From a virus (taxonomy: Duplodnaviria > Caudoviricetes): DNA of 64,000 bases. Positions within the stretch are counted from its first letter, which is position 1, and every line of letters begins with the position of its first letter. Under the pieces are notes generated by a model. It had not been told where the DNA came from and searched no databases. It saw nothing but the letters and a program-made list of their open reading frames with translations. This document shows positions 56,062-64,000 of this stretch, piece after piece. The stretch spans positions 1 to 64,000 of IMG/VR virus record IMGVR_UViG_3300016670_000048; one strand, given 5' to 3'. The translations under genes and the position numbers were made by a program.

Positions 56062-56552
56062 TAAAAATTCTCCAGTTCCCATCCAACAAACTGGATAGCT
56101 GAATCTAGACCAAAGAATACAGAAGCATCTCTAGTAGAATTTCCATGATTATAGGGCTTCTCACCTTTATCAAATCCTTGATAAATAGGTTGAATATTAT
56201 TATCCTGATTACCATCATTGCAGAACATATCTTGTTTGCTGATACCACCAGCATAAGGAATGATCTTTGATGTCAGAAGAGAGGCAGGTGTCTTGATAAT
56301 ATTTTGAAGGGCGGCTAAATAAGCAGTCGAATAGCTGTTCCACACCTCATAATTTCCTGCTCGTTCACGGGTTGGATAACTAGCAATTCGTAATGAAATA
56401 ATGATTGCAGCTTTGATTGCAGCTTGCCAAACATCACCATTAGTTGTTTCTAAAAGATATTCGTAGGTTTCATCATCAAGAATCTGGTACAAGGGATTTG
56501 TAGGAACATCCCCAACAATGATTTTAACCTTTTCAACGTCTGTTAGGGCCAT
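56061..56552 (-). CDS. head-tail adaptor
   Basis: VKIIVGD...LDDETY...PYAGGIS. Confidence 0.8.
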   Translation of the reverse strand: MALTDVEKVKIIVGDVPTNPLYQILDDETYEYLLETTNGDVWQAAIKAAIIISLRIASYPTRERAGNYEVWNSYSTAYLAALQNIIKTPASLLTSKIIPYAGGISKQDMFCNDGNQDNNIQPIYQGFDKGEKPYNHGNSTRDASVFFGLDSAIQFVGWELENF

Positions 56553-56576
56553 GCAGCCTCCTTATAGAATTAAAGG

Positions 56577-56595
56577 AGGGCAGACAAGCTGCCCT
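56577..56595 (-). terminator. hairpin after head fibre gene
   Basis: AGGGCAG/CTGCCCT stem. Confidence 0.55.
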
Positions 56596-56599
56596 TATA

Positions 56600-56860
56600 T
56601 CAACTGGCAGGCATAATCCCAGCAGCGATGAGTTTTGTAAGCAGAGCATTGTATGCAGTCGTCACAGCAGCCAAATCAGCAAAAGCCGGAGATTGCTGTG
56701 CAGTAAAAGTAATTTGTTTAACTTTACCTGCGACAGTAGTAGTAGCGGCGGGAGTGGTTGCACCAGTGACGGAACTATTAGTTTCAGTAGCTACACGGTC
56801 AATGACATCAAACACATCTCCCCAAGAACGTTCTTGGATAGTTGTTACAGTAACAGCCAT
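56600..56860 (-). CDS. head fibre / decoration protein
   Basis: ATTTVAGKVKQ...YNALLTKLIAAGIM. Confidence 0.7.
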   Translation of the reverse strand: MAVTVTTIQERSWGDVFDVIDRVATETNSSVTGATTPAATTTVAGKVKQITFTAQQSPAFADLAAVTTAYNALLTKLIAAGIMPAS

Positions 56861-56887
56861 TTTAAACTCCTAATCTATTTAAACTGT

Positions 56888-56910
56888 AAGGGCACCAAAA
56901 CGATGCCCTT
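56888..56910 (-). terminator. hairpin after major capsid gene
   Basis: AAGGGCATC/GGTGCCCTT stem. Confidence 0.6.
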
Positions 56911-56924
56911 TATTCTAAGACCTA

Positions 56925-57968
56925 TTAAGTCGAAGAAATCAGTTTAACCAGCACTTGAGGCTGAGTTGCGAAGTACAGAGGCGAAGTCTCAACTTGCATT
57001 TCATGGAATTCATCTTTAGGATCGGTGAACTCATATGCAAACATTTCAACGCCCGGACCATTAGCACCCGACAGTTTGTTGCTTGGACCGTAGTAACCAC
57101 GGAACAGATCATTTACAACTGGGATAACGTGGCCAGTGTCGGTAGCAACAGCTACTTCAGTGGTGTCGTTAGGCAGTTTGAAGATGTGATCGTAGGTGAT
57201 GAAAGTTACACCTTTGTAGGTGAACTGATCAACCGAACCCCAAGCCATGAACTGGTTGGTGCTATTACGGTTGATTTCAACTTGGGAAGCGTAGTACAGA
57301 TAAGCTTGACGAATCTGTGGGTGGCTAACCAGTTTATCAAAGAACGAACCATCAACAACAACACGAATACCGCCACCAATGGTGGAACCAGTTTTCAGGT
57401 TGGTTTGCAGATAGCGCTTCAGTTGCGAGATTTTAGCGTTAACATCAGTAGCAGCATCACCAAGGTCAAAGTCAATCACTTGCTGAGTAACACCAAACTC
57501 GGTGAACATGTCTGCAATTACAGCACCGTCGGGGGTCTTCATAATCCCCTTAACAGCTTGCAGCTTCATGTACTCAAGCGATTGCTCAACTTGTGCACGC
57601 ATGTCAGTCAGTTTTTGTACACGGACATTAGCCAGTTGCTCAGGAGAGTCTGGGGTGCCCGGCATACGCCAGCCTTGAATATCTTCTGGGGTGATATAGT
57701 CGCTATGCTTGAAGTAAGCCAGTGGCAGCGAGAAGGTTTGTACCTGACGGTCATTACCTTTGGTAGTCTCACGACTACGACGAGATACTTGTGGCAGCAG
57801 GGTGGTGTCATTCATGCTCTTATCGAACACGATTGCAGTTTGAGTAGTACCTTGGGTACGGAACAGGCCCATACCGCCAATCAAACCAGCTTGGTTATCA
57901 AGGTTATTAATTTCTTGGGTCCAGTCTACAAGCTGGAAGCCATTACCATACGAGCGGGTAGTTGCCAT
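56925..57968 (-). CDS. major capsid protein (lambda E-like)
   Basis: 347 aa after decoration gene; strong codon bias. Confidence 0.9.
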   Translation of the reverse strand: MATTRSYGNGFQLVDWTQEINNLDNQAGLIGGMGLFRTQGTTQTAIVFDKSMNDTTLLPQVSRRSRETTKGNDRQVQTFSLPLAYFKHSDYITPEDIQGWRMPGTPDSPEQLANVRVQKLTDMRAQVEQSLEYMKLQAVKGIMKTPDGAVIADMFTEFGVTQQVIDFDLGDAATDVNAKISQLKRYLQTNLKTGSTIGGGIRVVVDGSFFDKLVSHPQIRQAYLYYASQVEINRNSTNQFMAWGSVDQFTYKGVTFITYDHIFKLPNDTTEVAVATDTGHVIPVVNDLFRGYYGPSNKLSGANGPGVEMFAYEFTDPKDEFHEMQVETSPLYFATQPQVLVKLISST

Positions 57969-57981
57969 TATTTACTGTTCC

Positions 57982-58410
57982 TTACGCGAATTGATTTGGT
58001 TGTTCGATGAGCTTGATACCCACAGCTTCCATTTGGGCATAAACAGCAGCCAGCTCAGGAGCGGTATCAACGGAAGCACCAAATACGAGATTTGCCTTAC
58101 CTACACCAGCAGGGCCACGGAACAGAACAACTACGTTAGTATCAGTGGTTGCAGCAATAGTTTGTTTGTTGTCGCCTTTAGGTTCGCCAATATAAATACC
58201 AGCAAAGTTTTGGCTACCGTCAGAGGCAGTGGCTTCCAAGATTTTGTACTTACCAGTAGCAGTAACTTTGCCGAGAACGGTGCCGATTACATAAGTTTTG
58301 ATTGCAGCTTCGTTAGCAACAACTACGTCACGGCAGTGACCGTATTCAGGGTGGTCTTCATATTGCAGAACTGCGCCGAGGCGAGTAGAGCGGGTTTCGA
58401 TTGCAGCCAT
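57982..58410 (-). CDS. head decoration protein (lambda D-like)
   Basis: GTVLGKVTATGKY...A.DGSQ. Confidence 0.85.
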   Translation of the reverse strand: MAAIETRSTRLGAVLQYEDHPEYGHCRDVVVANEAAIKTYVIGTVLGKVTATGKYKILEATASDGSQNFAGIYIGEPKGDNKQTIAATTDTNVVVLFRGPAGVGKANLVFGASVDTAPELAAVYAQMEAVGIKLIEQPNQFA

Positions 58411-58450
58411 ATTATTTGAAACTCCTAGCTAGGATAATTGATAAACAATA

Positions 58451-59410
58451 TTATTGTTTTTTACTTTTATTAATAAGTTCACCAACAAGAGCTAGACCTG
58501 CGTCTTCTTGCTTCTTAGGCTCACCTTCACCACTAACACCTTTCTCTTTGAAAAGGTCAGAGTTTGCTTCTTCTTCGGATTTAGCACCCAAAGCTTTCAA
58601 CATTACTTCAAATGCTTCATCGCCCAAAGCTTCGGTTGCTTTGTACAGCGATTCACCATCTTCTTTGTTGAGACTTTTAACAGTTGCAATTTTAGCTTTA
58701 CGAGCTTTGGCAACTACTTCCATCTTTTCTTTCTTAAACTCTTCAACTTCACCAAGAGCTTTAGTCAGTTCAGTCTCCAATTCACCAATCTTCGACTTGA
58801 GAATTGCTTCAGCAGCATCAACTGCTTTCTTGATTTCTTGTTCCAAAATTTCTACCTCAGACTTTTTAAGTTCTTGTGCTTTAAACATCTCAACAAGATG
58901 TTTTTTAGTACCATCATTTTGAAGGGCTTTAGTTACAAGACTATAGATTCCTTCTTCAAGTTTATCTTCCGCATCTTCAGACAGAAGCATTTCCCCAGTC
59001 GCCGCTACGTAAGAAATTTCACGGGTCATAGGTGGGGCCAAGTCACCTAAAGTAACTTTTCCATCTACAAGAGAGTAATCTACCGAAAATAGACCACCCT
59101 CACTACAGAAGAGAACAATGGAATCATTATAGTCTTCTACATACAGCCAATGATCGTCATCCCCGAAAGCCTCACGTACTGCACTGGAAAGTGCATCACT
59201 GATTTTGGATGCGTACATTGATTTATTGATAAGTCCTTTATCAAGCCCAAGAGCTTCAAGAGCCTTTGTAATTTCTTCAGTAGCTTCTACATCACTTTTC
59301 ATGAGCAGAGATACGTTACGACCGTTAGCAGCGCCACCTTGTAGCTCGTTATGAGTGAGTGCAAGATGAGGACGCTTACTATCGTCTTTTGTCTTAATGA
59401 TCAAAGTCAT
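58451..59410 (-). CDS. capsid scaffolding protein
   Basis: E/K-rich coiled-coil C-terminus; between protease and decoration genes. Confidence 0.7.
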   Translation of the reverse strand: MTLIIKTKDDSKRPHLALTHNELQGGAANGRNVSLLMKSDVEATEEITKALEALGLDKGLINKSMYASKISDALSSAVREAFGDDDHWLYVEDYNDSIVLFCSEGGLFSVDYSLVDGKVTLGDLAPPMTREISYVAATGEMLLSEDAEDKLEEGIYSLVTKALQNDGTKKHLVEMFKAQELKKSEVEILEQEIKKAVDAAEAILKSKIGELETELTKALGEVEEFKKEKMEVVAKARKAKIATVKSLNKEDGESLYKATEALGDEAFEVMLKALGAKSEEEANSDLFKEKGVSGEGEPKKQEDAGLALVGELINKSKKQ

Positions 59411-59928
59411 TCTTCACCACCATCAAATGTGACATTGGTGATTTCACCAGTCTTTTGGTTGATCTTTCCTTTACCACCAATACTTACACCACCAATTACG
59501 CCAGCTTTCTTGAGATTCCAAAGATCCTCGCTGTTGTATTTAATCTTGGCAACCCAAGTACCAGCTTTAATAACTTCGCCAGTTTGAACAACCTTTACAT
59601 CCAATTCCTTTTGAACCCAAGTAGATTCAATAGTGAATGCGTCAGTAGATTCAAGATGGAAGAGGTTCGAATTAACAACCCCTTTCTCAAGATTCTGATT
59701 GAAGTTCTCACAAGCTTTTTCAATAGTCTCTTCAGACATCCATTCCCCATGAGCATCCTTCACTAGAGGCTCGTAGACAACTTCATAAGACACCATCTCT
59801 TCATTGACTTCTTCAACTACAGGAGTGTTATTAGTGGCACCAAAGTATTTCTCAATGAACTCAGCGAATCCTTCAAGAATACCCTTCTTCAGCTCTGCTG
59901 AGCCTTCTTCAATTTTATCTGTCATCAA
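59407..59928 (-). CDS. prohead protease (XkdF-like)
   Basis: VVYEP..KDAHGEW...IESTW...GTWV...GVSIGG. Confidence 0.8.
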   Translation of the reverse strand: MMTDKIEEGSAELKKGILEGFAEFIEKYFGATNNTPVVEEVNEEMVSYEVVYEPLVKDAHGEWMSEETIEKACENFNQNLEKGVVNSNLFHLESTDAFTIESTWVQKELDVKVVQTGEVIKAGTWVAKIKYNSEDLWNLKKAGVIGGVSIGGKGKINQKTGEITNVTFDGGEE

Positions 59929-61400
59929 GTATTCTCATTATTTCCGACTGAGCTATCATCGCCACCGATTGGACTTTTACTTGTCCCTTCACCCGCTGTT
60001 TGCATACCTTCTGCTGCACCTGAATCATATCCAGTCAGTTGAGGACGAAGATCATCAATACTAACTTCAGAATCGAACTTAGTTGGCAACCCTACCCACT
60101 CAGCAACTTGGTTAATATTTTCAGGAGTAACAGCAATTAAGCCAACCGATGCAGCACGTTGTAAATACTTGGAAAGGACATCCAAATCTTCTTCTTTAAT
60201 TTGATCATATTCGAACTTAGGGAGACGGTCTAGTGACCAACCATTGAGTCCGAACAACTGAGGAATCAAATCAGAGTTGAGGGGATCTTGAATTTCTTTC
60301 AGATAATTCTCAACAGCCATATGCACAATGGACGACTTAGAATCCGCTAGATTGAAAGATCCACCTTTAGAGTTACCCATCTGCAAGATATCGGCAAACA
60401 ATGCTTGAAGAATCTTGTTATCCCAACGAATGATTGCTTTGTCAGTGTCATATTGACTCGCATTAGGTGGGCCAATCAGTTCAAAATCAAACAGGCTGTT
60501 ATTCTGATCATCATAGAACTTAGGAAGAATAATACAGGCTTGTTCATTGTTCTGAAGATTACGGCCAATATTCTTAAAAGCTTCCACTGTAGCTTTTTGG
60601 TCAGAAGTAGAATCTTCTTTCAAATAATCGGCGGGCAATTCAAACTTAGGAATGCCACCAAGACCACGAGTGATACCGACAGCCTCAGATTCTTCAATCT
60701 GTTTACGATAACGCCAAGCCTTGTAAACTTTAGAGAGGGGGGAGCGACCTTGCGGATTATCTCGGCTTACATCAGTTCGGAACAGAAGGAACTTCTTACG
60801 TTCAATATCAATCTGTCCACCATAATCTTTGCTATTAGCTAGACGATATCCATCAACTAGAAAGCCTGTATCTTGAACAACACCGAGGAGATCACGCCCA
60901 TCATCACTGAATAGCCAACGGTAAACAGTGGTCTGAGAACGAGTGGCAAGTTTAGCAATACCAACCAAGCCATCATCGTATTTAGAACCAGTACCTTTCC
61001 GGCGGCGGCGATAGACCTTCTCTTGAATAGCATATCCGTATGTGAACATGCTAGTCACTTCCTTGATAAAGGAGAACCAACTATGATCCATGTCATCCAT
61101 GCACTGTTGCAAGAACTGGACTTTCTTCAAATCATCTTCAGTAGGATCAACAGGAGGAACCACTTTCCAATTAACCCGACTAATCATCATTGAGAACAGT
61201 GAAAGAGCAGAAGCAATAGTTGCATCCTCTCCCATTTCTTGGTATGTTCTATTGGAGCGAGGCCACTGTAGATCCTTTCGCATCTCCTCAAGAATAATAC
61301 CGTCAAATTCTCTCAAGCCCAACCAGCCCGTTTCACCCATCTTAATGCGGAGGGCTGGATTATCACCGGCAGAGAGATTTAAATTGTCATTTTCTGCCAT
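59925..61400 (-). CDS. portal protein (DUF935-like)
   Basis: NPQGRSPL, GSFNLA motifs; follows terminase. Confidence 0.9.
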   Translation of the reverse strand: MAENDNLNLSAGDNPALRIKMGETGWLGLREFDGIILEEMRKDLQWPRSNRTYQEMGEDATIASALSLFSMMISRVNWKVVPPVDPTEDDLKKVQFLQQCMDDMDHSWFSFIKEVTSMFTYGYAIQEKVYRRRRKGTGSKYDDGLVGIAKLATRSQTTVYRWLFSDDGRDLLGVVQDTGFLVDGYRLANSKDYGGQIDIERKKFLLFRTDVSRDNPQGRSPLSKVYKAWRYRKQIEESEAVGITRGLGGIPKFELPADYLKEDSTSDQKATVEAFKNIGRNLQNNEQACIILPKFYDDQNNSLFDFELIGPPNASQYDTDKAIIRWDNKILQALFADILQMGNSKGGSFNLADSKSSIVHMAVENYLKEIQDPLNSDLIPQLFGLNGWSLDRLPKFEYDQIKEEDLDVLSKYLQRAASVGLIAVTPENINQVAEWVGLPTKFDSEVSIDDLRPQLTGYDSGAAEGMQTAGEGTSKSPIGGDDSSVGNNENT

Positions 61401-61425
61401 GTTATTCCTTTGTAAGATAGGCTAT

Positions 61426-62934
61426 TTAAAAGCTGAATTCATTTGATTTTGTCATGCTGGGCATGGAGAAGGTTGGGACTTGGAATTTCTGTGCTAGTTG
61501 CATATAACCAAGAGAACAACAATCGACCATATCGTCGTGGCCCAGTTCGCCGCTTTTCCGGGTCCCATCAAAATTCTCTAACTCCTTGTAAAAGAAATCG
61601 TTAGAGTTTGTGATGTTGTTCCAAAGGTCGTTTGCACAGTTGGTTACGATGGAAACAACACCTAATTCAACAGAAGCTGCGAAAGGTCTGAACGAATCCA
61701 ACTTACCAGCAGGAGAGCGCCTAACTTTAGCAACAATTCCCATTTCATTAAGAGACTTGGCAATCATACTAGTTGCTGCTTTAGCTGCGGCGTTCGGATC
61801 TTCAGGAAGAATAACTTCTACAGCCCTACCATCTCTTTCCGAGTTCTCAACGATGTGTTTTACCCAATTACCAAAAGTAATTCGTGTCCTTGTAATATCA
61901 AGGATTACATAATCACCGGTCTTGAGTTTACCCATCTTCACAGAAGCAAAGTAGTCGGGAGACCTGTTTTGATCATGGGGAAGAGTGCCTGCAAAATCGT
62001 AAGCTCGAACAATTCTTACGAAGTCTGTATGAGGTGGGGGTGCAGTCAATTCTATTAAATCTGCCCGGTCAAAGTACGACGAATTATCGGGCCTTGCGAA
62101 CCAATTGCCCCATCTAAGCCTTTCACAATCTAGCTTAGGAAGAGCTTCCAAATTTTTCTTGTAGCTGGGATTGGACAAATTTAACGGTGGGTTATCTTCA
62201 ATTGTACCAAAGAGACCTTGAAAGCTAATTGGTTCTATTTGGTCTTTATGATCAGCAGGTAGATCTGGATTGCCGTACTTTTCAATCATCTCTTCTCTGG
62301 TATCTCCCCAGACAAGATCACCATTGATTCGGAGCAAAAATCTGATTACACCATTTTTCTCTGGGTCAGGTCGACCGGCCAATGGGTGATGTTCGGGGTA
62401 GAGCCACCACATGGCATACTTAAGCACCCAACTCGCGTTGTCTGGGTTACACGACCACCACATCGAGTGTATATTATCTGCATCAGAACGGAGACGTGAC
62501 CAGAGCCACCACAATTGTTCTTCATTTTCTGCGTGAGTTACCTCATCATAGAAAATGTTTGAAATTTGAATACCCTGATATTTCTTAGCTGCGTTATCAT
62601 TCTCGTAGTGAGAAAAGCTAACTTCCGCCCCGCTAGAAAAGACCAGTTTTTGATCTTTAAGACGAATCTTTAAATTGGGATCAAACTGGCTATAAAGTTT
62701 CACAGCTTCTTGGAACAAACCACCAGAAGCCATGATTGCACTAGAGTTCTTTCGAATACAATAAGCTTTATAATTTGGATCGTGGGCAAAGCGGAGGTGA
62801 CGCATTAATCCTACGTAACTCTTTGAACTTCCTGCTGCGCCGCCCACCAAAATAATCTGGGCGTCGGAGTTGAGGTATTTTTGCTGGAACTCCGACGCTG
62901 GGCCTATAACAACTTCATCTGGTTTTAGTTTCAA
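61426..62934 (-). CDS. terL: terminase large subunit
   Basis: Walker A GGAAGSSKS, Walker B IFYDE, SCNP, AYDFA, HDDMVD. Confidence 0.95.
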   Translation of the reverse strand: MKLKPDEVVIGPASEFQQKYLNSDAQIILVGGAAGSSKSYVGLMRHLRFAHDPNYKAYCIRKNSSAIMASGGLFQEAVKLYSQFDPNLKIRLKDQKLVFSSGAEVSFSHYENDNAAKKYQGIQISNIFYDEVTHAENEEQLWWLWSRLRSDADNIHSMWWSCNPDNASWVLKYAMWWLYPEHHPLAGRPDPEKNGVIRFLLRINGDLVWGDTREEMIEKYGNPDLPADHKDQIEPISFQGLFGTIEDNPPLNLSNPSYKKNLEALPKLDCERLRWGNWFARPDNSSYFDRADLIELTAPPPHTDFVRIVRAYDFAGTLPHDQNRSPDYFASVKMGKLKTGDYVILDITRTRITFGNWVKHIVENSERDGRAVEVILPEDPNAAAKAATSMIAKSLNEMGIVAKVRRSPAGKLDSFRPFAASVELGVVSIVTNCANDLWNNITNSNDFFYKELENFDGTRKSGELGHDDMVDCCSLGYMQLAQKFQVPTFSMPSMTKSNEFSF

Positions 62935-63825
62935 TTAACTTCCCTCACTATGAAATTCCACCCACTCCTTATCGTAATGAGGAATCCAATTTTCTCGGAA
63001 CATTTCAACTAATTTATCAAAATGAAATCTAGGGTATTCTACATTTTCTAACTTAGAACAAATAGTGGCAAAAGAATAGGCTTTTGGCTTATCGTTCTCA
63101 ATCCAGATATTGTAATAATTTGCGGCCATTGCCCATACCCTTGCTCGGGCTGGTCTTGCTAAGGCTGCACTTTTCTGCCAAGGTTTTAAGGATTTCTGGT
63201 ACTCAGACAATTGAGCTTTTTGCTCTTCTGAAATAACCTTACCTATCTGAGCCAACCTAGATTTTTCAACAGCTTCTGGCGATCTTTTCTTACCTCGAAA
63301 AGCATCTCCAATCTTCTTTCTGGCAGACTCTGGAACTGTCCAACCGGAAGCAATTAGTTCTTGTCGCTTTGCACTTATCTTACTTTTAGTCTCTTCAGAA
63401 ACTTTATGACCCATCATTTTCTGCCTACCTTTTTCGATAGACTCTGTTGTTCTTTTATGACCAGTTAGTGTTTGACGAATCTTCTCTTTTGTTTCTTCAG
63501 AGACAACCCTATTACTCATAAACTCTGCTTTAGCAATCTTAGCTTTCTCAACTTCACGAGAAGTAAGAATACCTTTATGAGAATTTACAGTGCGTGCATA
63601 AGCCCACATCAAACTATAGTTATCAGGATTAGCTTTCCACAAAAGACGATGTGCAATCACATGCTCTCTAGGGGTAAACAGAACAAAGTTGGAATTTTTA
63701 TCAGAACCACCGAGACATTTGGGGATAATGTGGTGTTTTTCAAAATAACCATCTAAGACTTTCTTATCTAAACCTCTAGCAACACACTTATCAACTAGAG
63801 CATTATAAATTTTCTGATAATTCAA
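62935..63825 (-). CDS. putative HNH homing endonuclease with NUMOD3 repeats
   Basis: EKHHIIPKCLGG..N.V.FT.REH..AH.LL, then repeated xSEETKxKI modules. Confidence 0.88.
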   Translation of the reverse strand: MNYQKIYNALVDKCVARGLDKKVLDGYFEKHHIIPKCLGGSDKNSNFVLFTPREHVIAHRLLWKANPDNYSLMWAYARTVNSHKGILTSREVEKAKIAKAEFMSNRVVSEETKEKIRQTLTGHKRTTESIEKGRQKMMGHKVSEETKSKISAKRQELIASGWTVPESARKKIGDAFRGKKRSPEAVEKSRLAQIGKVISEEQKAQLSEYQKSLKPWQKSAALARPARARVWAMAANYYNIWIENDKPKAYSFATICSKLENVEYPRFHFDKLVEMFRENWIPHYDKEWVEFHSEGS

Positions 63826-63827
63826 AC

Positions 63828-63998
63828 TTAAACACTCCCAAACTGAATCTTCATCCGTTCGGGAATTGCTTGCACTACCAATTCTTTATAGCGATTTCGA
63901 TCACCTTCGAACAAGAAGTTTTCTTCAATTGTCCCAGTGATATGTTTTACAGAATCACAGAAGCCAACAACACGACCATTAACTTTATCCAAAAGATT
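63828..63998 (-). CDS. partial ORF (3' end), function unknown
   Basis: Open frame NLLDKVNGRVVGFCD...QFGSV* entering from window end. Confidence 0.5.
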   Translation of the reverse strand, partial: NLLDKVNGRVVGFCDSVKHITGTIEENFLFEGDRNRYKELVVQAIPERMKIQFGSV

Positions 63999-64000
63999 AG

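Noticed and set aside
56955-58010. 351-aa plus-strand ORF opposite the major capsid gene
   Set aside because: Antisense shadow caused by the strong codon bias of the capsid gene; the same applies to the shadows over the decoration, scaffold and sheath genes.
59660-59680. GGTTCGAAT resembling a tRNA T-arm
   Set aside because: Inside the protease CDS, on the opposite strand, with no acceptor, D or anticodon arms; no tRNA found in the window.
63795-63850. RBS-occluding hairpin before the terL-adjacent HNH gene
   Set aside because: Needs a bulge and several G.U pairs; too weak to claim.
1-64000. CRISPR array, integrase/att site, IS element or DGR
   Set aside because: No regularly spaced repeats, recombinase, transposase or reverse transcriptase motifs seen.

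Overview
The window is 64 kb of a lytic tailed dsDNA phage with a contractile tail (myovirus). It is AT-rich (about 40% GC by eye). sigma70 promoters and Rz/Rz1 spanins indicate a Gram-negative host; Pseudomonas is my best guess (inference only). There are three arms. (1) 1-13.7 kb, minus strand: dozens of small early ORFs split into cassettes by near-consensus sigma70 promoters and intrinsic terminators, plus a 443-aa minimal polymerase of the PolA/T7-RNAP superfamily. (2) 13.95-36 kb, plus strand: small ORFs, then primase-helicase, family-B DNA polymerase, SSB, DsbA/GapR-like protein, 5'-3' exonuclease, HNH nuclease, metallophosphoesterase, deoxyribonucleotidase, dUTPase, ThyX and NrdAB. (3) 36-64 kb, minus strand: terminase, portal, protease/scaffold, capsid, neck, sheath, tubes, tape measure, baseplate, fibre and lysis genes. 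The strongest result is a 735-nt group I intron (48188-48922, minus) interrupting the tape-measure gene. Its P/Q/R/S core and P1-P9 helices can be read directly, and splicing restores ...SEEL|TGQIAEALPGG.... It carries an endonuclease-VII-like homing endonuclease whose ribosome-binding site and stop codon are parts of the ribozyme core. Other notable observations: eight putative homing endonuclease genes, one apparently a GIY-YIG/dead-HNH chimera and two paralogs flanking baseplate J; RBS-occluding hairpins in front of late-operon endonucleases; likely AUU and AUC start codons; UUG starts on most core enzymes; -35 boxes sitting in hairpin loops; and a structured, possibly switch-like 5' leader. 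No tRNA, rRNA or CRISPR array was seen. All family assignments are by motif recognition; no database searches were run.
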